Shown: positions 1 through 12,000 of the stretch, piece after piece
How positions within the stretch are numbered: the stretch's first letter is position 1
How the letters are laid out: every line of letters starts with the position of its first letter
From: Macrostomum hystrix
Taxonomy: Eukaryota > Animalia > Platyhelminthes
Reading direction: 5' to 3'
DNA: 64,000 nt
NCBI GenBank assembly: GCA_950097015.1
Contig: CATNEN010000003.1
Span: 8,184,001 to 8,248,000, forward strand
Program-made: the position numbers and the translations under genes
Notes under the pieces: model-generated
Seen by the model: the letters and a program-made list of their open reading frames with translations, nothing else
What the model was told of the DNA's origin: nothing
The model's database searches: none

Positions 1-1830
1 ACACTGGTACACATCGCGGCTATGGACCCGGAGGCGACCGACCACCTGCTGCAGATGGTTCGCAATGCAGGTGTGGACTGCTTGCTCTGGAAGAATCAGC
101 GCGACCAGACCCCTTTGCACAAGGCTATGTCGTATCTACCAGCGCGGATTTCTTTTTCGCTTTAGATCTAGCGAGGCTTCGCAACCAGGACATTGCCCAG
201 CTCCCAGAAATATCTGGTTAAAACGTTGCCACACATGGCCGCCATGAATGAATTTGAGCCATTCACCGTTGTTGAGTTGACGAAAAAGCTTGGCGCTGAT
301 TGCCTAGGTTGGAAAGATTTGAGATGTCAGACACCGCTGCACATCTCTACCTGGTGGCAGTCACCTGAGGTTGTTAAGATTCTTGCTGACATTGCTCTGA
401 AGAGCAGTCCCGAGAGCTTGTACGTGCATGACGAGAACGGCAACACTTGTGCACGTTGCTGCCTGGACAGGTGACTTCGAGTACACTATCAAAGAAGTTG
501 TTAAAGCCATCGGTGCGGGAGTTCTTTCCGAAGTCGATCTGTGTTAAGTCGCCGTTGCACCTGACGATAGAACGCCGAACTGTTGAAGTCGCTGAATTCG
601 TTGTCGGCAAGGCTGTTCAAGACAATCCGCAGTGCCTGAAAATTCGTGGCTTTCGTGGTGACACCTACCTGCACTATGCGGCTAAAATCCCTAGGTGTGA
701 CAACGTCATCATTATGGTCCTGAAGTTAGTCGATCATGCAGCGCTCTATCTAAAAAATTACTAAGAGACTCCGCTGCATCAAGCTCTTGAGTACCGAAGC
801 TTCGAAGTTGTTAACGAACTGCTTAATATTGCTATTACTGAGAATCCTGAAATCCTAAAGCTAAAAGTGAAAGATGGTGACACCTGCGTCCACTTTGCCT
901 CTCGCAACGAAAAGGACGGTAAAATCATTCTAGAGGTTGTGAAAAGGGCAGGTGCCACTAGCCTGACATGGAGCAACAAGAAGAACCAAACGCCTCTACA
1001 CCTGGCAGTGCAGTATCAAAGTCCGGAGACGGTTGCGGAACTAATTCGTCTGGCTCTGAGCTTGGTCCCTAAGTGTTTAATGATTCCAGACGAAAACGGC
1101 AACACATGCGTCCATTTTGCAGCAGAGCGCAACAAAGACAACATGATCCTAGAAGTGCTGCAGCAGACAAAAAGTGAAAGCCTCTGCTCTTGGACAAACG
1201 CAAACGGACAGACGCCACTGCATTTGGCACTTCAGAGTCAAGATGCTCAAACAGTCGCTACTTTGGTTGACATGGCGATCGCTCCTAGCGCAAATAGTAT
1301 AACGCTGGTTGATAAAAGTGGCAGTTCTTGCGTTCACTACGCGGCAAAAAATCACGCAAAGCAATGACGCTGTCTTGGAGACTGTGAAAAAGACCGGAGC
1401 TGCTAGTCTGTTTTGCACCGACAAAAATATGTTGGCACCGCTGCACCTTGTAGTGCGACACCAATACGCCAATAGGATTGGTCAGATTGTGGACATTGCT
1501 CTAAAAGAAGGTAGAGAGTGCTTAAAGATGCAGGATTGTGATGGAAAAGCACCTGTACATCATTCAGCTTTGAACCAGCGCGACAAGACTGCTATCTGGT
1601 CAAGCGATCGGGTGTGTCTAGCCTCAGCTGAAAAAAACTACAAGAACAAGACGCCGCTTCACTTTGCGACAGAGTTCAAAGATTCAGAATCAGTAGTGAA
1701 CCTAATAGTCATGGCGCGTAGAGTTACAACCGACTGCCTACTAATTGCAGATGACGATGGCAACTCGTGCGAGCATTTTGCTGCTAAAAACACAAATGAC
1801 GGAGCAACATTTCGTAATCTTTGTTTTGTT
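1..1830 (+). pseudogene. Ankyrin-repeat protein pseudogene (intronless, several frameshifts/stops, 5' part outside window)
   Basis: Repeated ankyrin motifs (QTPLHI, GNTC, SPLHL, GDTYLHYAA, GDTCVHFA, QTPLHLAV, GNTCVHFAA, GQTPLHLAL, KTPLHFA) are spread over different frames: ORFs 193-474, 447-764, 867-1367, 1309-1839. There is an in-frame TAA at 762. The 3' end is cut by a SINE at ~1832. Confidence 0.8.
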
Positions 1831-1831
1831 A

Positions 1832-2150
1832 GGGGGTGAGTGGTAGAGTGGTCCAACGCGTTGGCCTCTCATACAATGGTCCCTGAGCTCGATTCTCCGA
1901 CGTGGCCTGATTCATTTGGGGCGCAGCCGCGGAGAGAAGGCTTGGGGGCTTGTTGTACAATTTTCGCGAGAGCCAGCCGTCAAGGCACAGTAAAAGTGTA
2001 CACTGCCTGACTATCAGAAATTCGGAGCAGCTGTACACACCTGTGTGAGCGTGTGCTCGGGAGTCAGCGAAATGGGGCAGAATTGCCTCCTCGCCGACTG
2101 CGGGTCTACTGTCACCAAATGATGTACCATTGCCCGCAGCCCTACTGTAA
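1832..2150 (+). mobile_element. tRNA-derived SINE family B, full length
   Basis: tRNA-like head with A/B-box-like motifs (gtggtagagtgg ... gagctcgattc). The body is shared with copies at 7302, 38880, 37247 and 23605, and it has a 3' stem-loop tail. Confidence 0.85.
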
Positions 2151-2761
2151 TCAGTATCATTTTTTTCTGGTCTTTGTTATGCTCAATGTCATTTTTTCAT
2201 GTCTGCGATTCAAACTTCAGACCTCCCTGTTAAGAGTCCGAAACTCTAACCACTTGACTAACAACCTCCGTCGTAACCTATTGATAAATTTTAATTGAAA
2301 GATTTTAGCTTTCTGTTTTACTAATTACTATAGATTCGTTATGTTAGTGTGTATTTTGTGTCGTACATTAATCTGTCCCATATGCTTTCATAAGCGATTG
2401 AGCATCAACTACGATCAGTTTTTATTTTTAGAAGTTATCAATTTTCAGCGTCATTCTATACTGCTAAATTATTTATACTTTCAGACTTTCGTGCTCAGAT
2501 AGCTTCCAGTAAAAATATTTTAATAATCATTCGACTTTAATTTATAAATATTTTACACGCTTCCTGCTACATATCCTACAAACAGCCTTCTATGACTTAG
2601 TCTTACCATTTTTGTATTATTTTTTAGTTGGTTTCATCGTATACACGAATAAACTAAACTTGGTTAATCACGCGTTTTTTAATCTACTGGTTTTTTGTGT
2701 CTTAGTTATTGCCATCTTTTTATCTTACCATAAAATAAATTTCCATTGACAATATACTAAC

Positions 2762-3360
2762 TGTGACGTTGCTGCGCCGCGTGCTTCTTCTCCGTTTATG
2801 TGACTCTGTGAGTTGCACTGCAGCTCCTGCCGTGTTCCGCTCAATGTTCTACTGCACTTCCATGTAGTTATATATGTTGCTAGTTTCTCACTCTAAAGTT
2901 CTAATAATTAAAGTTTTTCTATTTCTACTAGCTGTAAGTAAACGCCAACGAACATCGCGCTGTCCCCAACTTGTTTTTGCTGATGTCTCAATATTCTTTC
3001 CCCCAGCCAATGAGCGTGCGAGCTCTGTCTGGCTATAATTATCGATCGCCCTGTTTTTTAGACTGTCTAGCTTATTTAAGTAGGGCCCCTGATCCCGCTC
3101 GCGTCACTGCCTTTGTCCCGGCCACTGTTACTTTCACATGTCGTGTTCCCTACCACTTACACTGCCGCTACCTTTTCACTGTCACTATTTGTGCTGCCTT
3201 ACTGCGGCCGCTACTGGGTACTTCTTTGCCTACTCTTGGCATCACTCATAACTGTTTGTTCTCACCGATCTCCTACACCTGACTTTAATTAACTATATTG
3301 CTTGTCGTACGTCCCAGTGGTTGTCTAATAAATAAAGAAATTAAGAGTGCTACCGCTACA
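2762..3360 (+). mobile_element. Probable solo LTR (~600 bp)
   Basis: Begins TGTGACG and ends CGCTACA. Flanks are ctaac/ctaag (5-bp TSD with one mismatch). It has an internal CCAAT and TATAA at ~3007-3040 and AATAAA at ~3327. Confidence 0.45.
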
Positions 3361-3424
3361 CTAAGCTACACTAAGCTACACTAAGCTACACTAAGCTACA
3401 CTAAGCTACACTAAGCTATACTAA
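3355..3424. repeat. 10-bp tandem repeat (ctaagctaca)n, ~7 copies
   Basis: Directly visible. Confidence 0.9.
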
Positions 3425-4517
3425 AGGGATCAGTGATGATTAATTTGGTCTGGATTAGCAGATCCAAATGTGGATAATTCAACGTATTATAATCTAACCA
3501 AATCTAGCCGTGGGAGAAGAAGAAAGTTAAAAATGAATTCCAAAATAAAACACCTGACTGCAGTTTGTCAAATTTGAATGGAATTTTAGCCCCGTGGTCG
3601 CTTTTTACCATAGACATTGACAGTGTCTTTCGGGAAGTGTCTAAATTGAATATGCACTGGCGAATTTGGTTGCAGGTTGTCTAAATTGAAAGGTCGAGTT
3701 GGAAACTAAAAATAGAGTGTCGAATTTGAATTTCAAATTGTCTAAATTGAACTTCAGCTTTGTTGAAATTGAACGCAAAAAGGTGTAAGCTACACGATAC
3801 TCTGAACTGCCGACTGACTTTGTTCGCCTTTAATATCGTCACACTACTTTTGTTTGAAAGCTTCGAATAGCTTTATTTGAGCAGAATATCTGGCTGTTTA
3901 TTAAGGGGAACTGATTAACTAAATTAAAATAATTCTGATAAGAGTTTCACACGGTGTATAAATCTTGTCTTGACTTTTACATTGTGCATAGGGGTTTGGC
4001 CCTCTAGGGCTTAAATGACATGACAAGCCTCCAAACCCTCTATCCGAATTATTGTGACCTCGCCGTGGATTCGAGCTCAAGACCGATTCCCTTTATATAT
4101 AGATAAATTGATAATTATTCCTTTATTATTTGTGTATTCACAGCGATAATGTAGATTAATAATTTTCAGATTTTTCCTTTGCCGCTTTCATTTAGTATTT
4201 TACAGTAGAGTCGCTTTACAATTGCTAGCTTTAGTCAATAATGCGCTACCGTTGAACTTAAAATATTGATTACACACGTTTTTGTATTACGGTTAAACTT
4301 ATGAAAATCAAGTCTTATTAATTTCCGGCATAATGGTTGACTTTAAAATATGTTTTTCTTTATTTGTTTTCCTAAAGTTATTAGAAAAACTAAAAGAAGC
4401 TCAAAAAATCTATTTGACTGTGCATAAACTGGAGGGATAATTTGGTCCACAATGTACGTCTGTACGTCTGTGGGTGCAGCGTGCTGTGACAACTATGCTG
4501 TGTGACTACAACCTCTC

Positions 4518-4820
4518 TAGTTGTAGCCTAGTGGTTAAGGCGTCGGACCCACGACTTGAAGGTCGGGGGTTCGATTCCCGACTCCACTGGAACAATTTGC
4601 GTCATTTAGCAAGACACTTAACTCTGCATTGCTTCAGTTCACCCAGCTGTTAAATGGGTACCAGCATCAGCTGGGATAATTGAAGGTGGGTGTGGCGTCC
4701 CCCCAGTCCGTGGACTGAACAGCTGTACGCAGCCTTCAGATGCGCCGCGCATTAGCTGCGGCTGTGCTGTCGGCTGCACATCTGACCCAATTGGGGCAGG
4801 TGTAATCAATTATTATTATA
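4518..4820 (+). mobile_element. tRNA-derived CORE-like SINE family A, young full-length copy
   Basis: tRNA head (tagcctagtgg; ggttcgattcc), central gcaagacacttaactctgcattgcttcagttcacccagctgttaaatggg resembling the MIR/CORE domain, (TTA)n tail and TSD gctgtgtga. Confidence 0.9.
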
Positions 4821-5495
4821 TTAGCTGTGTGAATTAAATAGGCAATTAAAATAATGCATTGAAGCAAAAAAGCTGCCACACTTATATACATGACTTTATA
4901 TTTAACAATATCTGATACATAAATCTGCTGCGTTTGTACATATTTAAATCAGGAAGCATTTATTGAATAATCCTTGTTTATGGTAGATTCAAAAATGTAA
5001 TAAAAAAATTACACAAACTCGTATTTGCTAGGTTTTACTGAGATATTAAACAGTGCGTATCATTTTTTTAAAAGCCTACGAAATCAATGTATTTTTAGAT
5101 ATAATACTCGCCTATGTTGCTACTAAAGAAAAAACGAAAGTAGTGCCATGCGGTCCATAGGTATTAAAACTCTAAAATGAATTTTCTTTAATTACTCGTA
5201 GTTTTGCGGCTTCATATAGGAGTATGATATAATATTAGAATCAGTATCGGAAAATGCTTGTTTTTTGTTATCGTGTAGATTGATGTAGCTTGAGGTGGAT
5301 GCATGTCGACTGTGATGGTATTAGAGATCGCAGCAGTTATAATCCGCTAGCCTTCACTGCACTTGATTGGGAATTCTGAAAATGTAATTTTGCGAGAATT
5401 TTATTCAAATTTTTTATATCTTTGCAAATTAGGTATGATTAAATATAAAACTATATGAGGATTGTTGATAAATAGCAGAGACTGTGGTCACTGGT

Positions 5496-5806
5496 AATAA
5501 TAAAAATAATTATAATTGATTACACCAGCCCGCATTGGGCCAGATGTGCAGCCGACAGCACAGCCGCAGCTATTGCGCGGCGCATCTGAAGGCTGCGTAC
5601 GGCTGTTCAGTCCATGGACTGGGGGGACGCCACACCCACCTTCAATTACCCCAGCTAATGCTGGCACTCATTTAACAGCTCGATGAATTGAAGCAATGCA
5701 GAGCTAAGAGAATTGCTAAAATACATAAATTGTTCTTATAGAGTCGGTAATCGAACCCTCGACCTTCAAGTTGTGAGTTCAACGCTTTAATCACGAGGCT
5801 ACACCT
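5496..5806 (-). mobile_element. SINE family A copy
   Basis: Reverse-complement match to the 4518 copy. Confidence 0.88.
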
Positions 5807-5829
5807 CCACTATCACTGGTCACTGATGA

Positions 5830-6020
5830 AACTGTCCATTCTGCTGATCCCTGAGCACACACTCACACAGGTGTGTACATCTGCCCTGACTCTCTTCTGG
5901 CGTCAGGCGTTGTTCACTTTCACTACCTAGGGGGGAGTGGTTTCATGAACAGAACGTCGAACGACACTTCCGGGTGGCTGCGCACCAAATGACCTTTCCG
6001 TTCAGCCTCTGAACCCCATG
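5830..6020 (-). mobile_element. SINE family B, diverged copy
   Basis: ctgagcacacactcacacaggtgtgtacatctgccctga matches the family B body in reverse. Confidence 0.65.
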
Positions 6021-6049
6021 CAGTGCCTTTGACTAATGCATTTTAACCA

Positions 6050-9000
6050 TCAAAACTTCGCAGCCACTCGTACCTGAGGCGCAGGTGAAATACAGACGGA
6101 CTGTACGCCCGACGCCAGTCGATAGCTCGGCTCCGAAGCCGGGAAGAAGTCGTCGAAATAGTCGCGCAGATAGGCGAATGTCGGCCTCCGCTCTGGCTGC
6201 GCGTCCCAGCAGGCGAGCATCACGGCGTACACAGCCTCGTGGCAGTCGGCCGGGCGGGCCAGCCTGAAGCCATTCTCCACAGCCGTGAGGGTCTCAGTGT
6301 TGGACATGCTGGCGTAGGGCACCTGGCCCCTGGTCACAATTTCAAACAGCACAATGCCGAATGACCAGACGTCGGATTTGATTGAGAAGCGTCCCAACAG
6401 TGCGGCCTCGGGGCTCGTCCACTTGATGGGGAATTTCGCCCCCTGCCGGGCCGTGTACTCGCCGTTGTCTCCCTCGCCTAGCGCCCGGGACAGGCCGAAG
6501 TCGGCAACTTTGACATTGTTGCCCTCTCCAACCAGGATGTTGCGCGCTGCCAGGTCGCGGTGAATGAAGCGCTCGGCCTCCAGGTAGGCCATGCCGCCGG
6601 CAATCTGGCCCATGATGTCCACTAGGGCGGGCAAATCGAGGCGATTCGACGGGTCGGCGCCGTCCACAGCGGACTCTCGCAGGCAGGTGAGCAGGGAGCC
6701 GCGGCTCATCAGCTCGGTGACGATGTAGACCGGGTCACCGTCGGTGCACACCGCGTACAGCTGCACCAGCCGGGGATGCCGCAGCCGCTTCATGATCCGC
6801 GCCTCCTTGAGAAACTCGGATCTGGGCATGCTGCCTGACTTCAGCATCTTCACTGCCACCTCCAGGCGGTTGTTAAAGAGGCCACGCCACACCTCGCCGA
6901 ACTGGCCGGAGCCAAGCAGCTCGAGCAGGCGGATCTGCTCTCTGGGAATTTCCCATTGGTCACGAGTTCTGTAGGACAGGTCGGCGATGACTGGGGCGGA
7001 GCGGGGGCACGGTCGGGTCAGTCGGCAGCAGAGACCGTCCGCCTGCTCGCTGTAGTTGTCCACCAGGGCCTGCATGCTGGGGAAGCGTCTCTTGCTGGTG
7101 ATGAACCAGCCGGCGCCTCCGTCCATTGCACGGATGCGGTAGTGCTTAACGGAAGCCGTCCAGACTAACACCGTGGCCGATGACGACGAAGCTGAAGATG
7201 TCGAAGGTGCTGGCGCAACGCGTTGATCGCAGTCCAGTACAGACAGAGAGTAAGATTCTGCAGGATTGGTGAGAATAGAAGACGATGAACAGAATAGTAA
7301 TGGGGCGGTCAGTGGCGGAGTGGCTCATGCATTTGCCTCTCGCACCAAGGTCCCTGAGCTCGATTCCGCGGCGAGGCCACATTCATTTGGGGCGCAGCCG
7401 CGGAGAGAAGGCTTTGAGGCTTTTCGTGCAATTCACGCCCTTGAGGGTCAACCTCCAGGGCATAGGGAGAGTGTACACTGCCTGACGATGAGAAAGTCAG
7501 GTCAGATGTACACAACCTGTGTGCGTGTGTGCTCAGGAGTCAGCGAAATGGACAGAATTGCCTCCTCGCTGGCTGCGGGTCTAGCTAGTGTCACCAACTG
7601 ATGTTCCGTTGTCCACAGCCTTTCAAAAATTAATTTTTTATTTAGAGTTCTGAGATTCGGACTTCCAGCCTAGAGTTTCAGAGTTCGAATCGTTAAAAAA
7701 GCGGCACCCTAATTGCGTGCGCAGTTGCTAATAATTACCTGCTCACTTTTGAGATCAGTTTGTTAGCTTCGCAGGTTATTTATTATATTTACAATATCAG
7801 TAATGTACAGTAAGTAGTAGGTAGGCGCACACAACCACACAACCACATTAGCCGGAAGTGGCACACTGCTCTCTTCCTTTTTTAAATGTGTGCTCTTGTC
7901 CATGCGAATAATAATGCATGAGTTATTTATCACAATGCAACACTATATGCTAAGCAATAGTTAAAATGGGCTTGGGGCAGTTTCAATTGTCCACAGGTAG
8001 TCAGTTTGGTCAGGGAACCGTGCATAATTAACGAAAAATCCGGATTTTGGGAAATTGGGACGGACGGAGATATGATATTCCTGCCTCTGACCAATCTTGC
8101 GAAAGAGTTGAGGTAATGCACTGCCATGCAGTGCTTTAGTTCTCTCCCGCGTAGAGGAAGGCGATATAGGGAGACAAGCAAGATGCAGCTGGACTTCCTA
8201 TAAACTATTGAGTCCGCTCAGCAAGTAGACCCCAACTAACCCCTAGCAACCGACCCGGCCCTTTTACCAATGACCAGCCGGCACTGTAATATCCCAAAGC
8301 AGATTTTTGTCAACAAAATATCCCAAAATATCCCTCCCTTGCAGAGCGTGGACATGTGTCGGTATATTCTGGCTGCTCAATTTTTCTGGTCCGCTAAGTC
8401 TTTGGCTGAGCAGTTAACTCCATACCAACCTGCTCCGCCCATGTAGGCAGCACAGCATCCCTACACTTTGATGAAGCTGAATGTGTGAGTTTTACTTTCA
8501 ACTATACACAGAGGAGATTTAAGTGTGTCCCTGTGTGAACTTTGCTTATAGCCAGCAATTATTTTTCTTGAACAGAGAAAAGTGAAAGGCCCCGCCAGAG
8601 CTGCGGCGGTGGGTGAGAATGCTGTGCAAGAGTCATCAATCTTTGCTGCCTGGTTAGTCCCTTAAACTCGCGTAGAGTTCAGTTCATGCGACAGTCTCAA
8701 AATGTGATTTCTTAACCGCATTCCCATACCAAACGCTATGCCAATCTTCTAAAGATAGAGCTGGCATTAAAGTGCACAGAGGAAGCCGCAGGAGTGCAGT
8801 GGAATGCGCGGTAATTAGCCAGGTACAATTCCCATAGTCTATGTTTGACTGATTTAATATAGGATTCAATATAAGGCAAAGCACACGAGTTCCATAGACA
8901 TAGTAAAATGATTTTCAATTCCTGAGTCTCGACCATAGACCATGCATTGAACAACGCTGAGCAAGGGTTTCAATGAACATCCTTAAACTATGTCTATGAA

Positions 9001-12000
9001 TTCCCACATTCCCCTGTGGGAATTCCCTTTGGATTCTTGTATTTCAAACGTTAAGTGTGTGTTTTCATTGAGCAACGCTGGGATTCCCGGCATTAAATAC
9101 CGCGCAGTTTTAATGGACGACATTAAAACCGCGATGGAATGTCTATGGTGCAAACAGAACCGCTGGGAATCCCAGCGTTGCTCAATGAAAATACACACCG
9201 GCTATTTCGGGCATCAATGTCTATGACCTCGGGCGCTGCGCGCTGCGCGCTGGGCGTCCTCGGTCACAGCCATTGATACCCTCAATAGCCGGTGTATATA
9301 CTTACATTAAAAGCGTGCATTAACGTCCCGCGTTTACTATTTGGCTAAAAAGCATTTAATGCACACTTTTTCGTTTAATGCACGCTTTTTGACATTGCAA
9401 TAGTTTTACAATTATAGCTTTTAGAAGCCAAGGTTGGTATAAAAAATGTATACTTAAAAGGAACTGTATTTCAATTTTTGTTTCTATGTGACAAAATACC
9501 GGGTTCACAAAAGTTCAGAAACGATGAAAAATATAGATTGAACAGCTGCTCAACCACTATGCCTCGGGCATCAAATTACAAGAGATGGGCCGCCTAAACA
9601 GGGTCAGCCTAACACAAATAGGAAATCTGATAGGCTTGTTACGGATGACGGAAAGAACAACTAAAACTGGGGCCTCTTAAAAGCTTTTGAGAAAATAATA
9701 TAGGCCTAAGAAGCAGGAGTGGTCATCTTTTCTGGGGGCTTGCACAACGCTTTGACACCTGTTGCCTTGCGATCTATGACTTTTCTTCGCTCTTTTGTTG
9801 GATAAACCACAAGCAAAAACTTGACGCCCCTTGACTAAAGATGGAGTTATATTCAGGAGTTCGTTTGACTTTCTTTGGTGCTCAAAACCACAAAAAAATT
9901 AAAATTGAAAATTTCCTACGGCAATTACCTGAACGATAAACAATTCATAAACAAATACGCAAAAATCCATAGAAAGTCGGTGAACTTATGTCTGGCGTAA
10001 ATAAATATGATTGGCTAGGACGAAACCGGTGGTGGACAAAGCAGACATCAAAAAGGGGTGTGAAACCACTTGGGGGTGACGCAAGTGGCGGGATTGAAAG
10101 CGATCGATAATTATTGGGGGGAGAGAACTGATATGGTTAGGCCACTTGACTCTTAACGCGAAAGGACGGAAAATCAATAATAAATTGCATGGGAGGGGCA
10201 AACAGACACGGGGCTAGAGAAAGATAAGCAGGATAGAAAAATAATGTACAATCCAGGACGCTAAGTACTTATAAAAAACATGCTAAGCCACACGAGGAGG
10301 CTGAAAAAACCAAGTGAAACTGCGATGTTTTTATCGTCCCTTGGAAAAAATCCAGGCACTAATCATTGCCTTTCATGATTTCGCATTTCATAATAAAAAA
10401 AATTTCCGACAGAAAATGAAAGTTAAAACATCGGTCGTCTTAAAACGGTGGACCCACATTGTACACCTGCGCAATTCTCTTTAGACGAAGTTTGGAAGTT
10501 CAGATTAGGATCGCTTTTTCTGATCTTCCGCCAAAAGAAGAAACTAATTTCGAAAGTTTGTTTCAGATCTTTCGAGTGACTCATAGCGCTTTTTATGTTT
10601 CACTTTCATATTTTATCATGGTTATATTTTTACCTTTTTTCTCTGCGCTCACCTAAATCTGGATAAAAAGTTTAAGCCGTTCAGAAAATCCGTCAATCAA
10701 TCATCTGTCATTGACATTCTATACTCCTAATTGTCCCACAATTAACCAGGCCACTTCCTGTTAGGCGACTATGGCACAATGCGAAACTGGTTTTAGGCAT
10801 AAGCATGCGAGCCACTTTGCAATTAAGAAGCAGAAAGGTGCATGGAGTCAGAGACGGAAGTGGCGCAGGGTTTATTCCTCTTGACTGGCCTCCTAATTTG
10901 TGCAATACTATTTTTATTCGACATCAAGTCAATTTAGAAAGACACAACGGTTATATTTTACATGTACTCATGCACTCCTAGGTCCTGGTATAAAAGTTCG
11001 TCTACCTGTTGATATGTTAATCTCTATTTACTTTAAACTAAATTGTAGTTCATCGATAGGTTGAAAAATAAGTAACAGCTAATACCAGCATGTAGGTGGA
11101 AAAAACATTACCATATTTACGAGTACACAGATATCCCTACTTGTTTAATTATTGATTGTAATAATTGATTACAACTGCCCCAATCGGGTCAGATGTACCG
11201 CCGACAGCACAGCCGCAGCTATTGCCCGGTGCATCTGAAGGCTGCGTACGGCTGTTCAGTCCATGGACTGGGGGGATGCCGCACCAACACTCAATTACCC
11301 CAGCTAATGCTGGTACTTATTTAACAGCTGGATGAATTGAAGCAATGCTGAGTAAGTTTCTTGCTAAAGGACACAAACTGTACCAGAGGAGTCGGGAATC
11401 GAACCCCTGATCGTCAAGTCGTGAGTCCTACGCTCTAACCACAATAGACTACAAACTCTTCACATACGAGTACTTAAGTAAGTAAATAAGTAAGATAATA
11501 AGCAGGACGGTTGATGGAAAGTGCATGCGGCGGGTTAATCATCAGAAAACTAAAATGTTTACCAAGCTAGGTTGACAAGAAATATCAAAATGCAAGCACG
11601 TTTGCAAGAGAACAGAATAGAAATTTGATGAATGCAGAGGCGAGCACCAAAAGGAAATGTACCAAAAACGTGCAAGTCATGCATATAAACGGGTGTTTTT
11701 TGCTGCATCTGAGATAAAATATTGATGGCAATGAAAGAATAAAAAAACTCTACTATCATCGCCAGGTGAGAGAGGTGTTAAAAAGCTTTGCTGGAAAAAA
11801 ATAGTAGTTGAAGCAGTCACCGTCATGACGATCATGATTTATTAGTCCTGTTATTTCAGAAATAAAGCAGCAACTGATGTACTAGCTGGGAGTGAGAAAT
11901 AGAAAATAGTAGAGAGAGAGAGGAAGACACACAGTGAGTGAATTGTGGGGTCGGTTGGCTCAATAAATGAGCTCTGAAGCAATAGTTCAATATGACGGCG

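Noticed and set aside
4518-4590. tRNA genes at SINE heads
   Set aside because: The acceptor stems do not pair and each head continues into a shared SINE body.
7545-7620. HDV-ribozyme-like gcctcctcgctggc in SINE B
   Set aside because: No P1/P2/P3 pseudoknot partners could be built; the segment fits a simple 3' hairpin instead.
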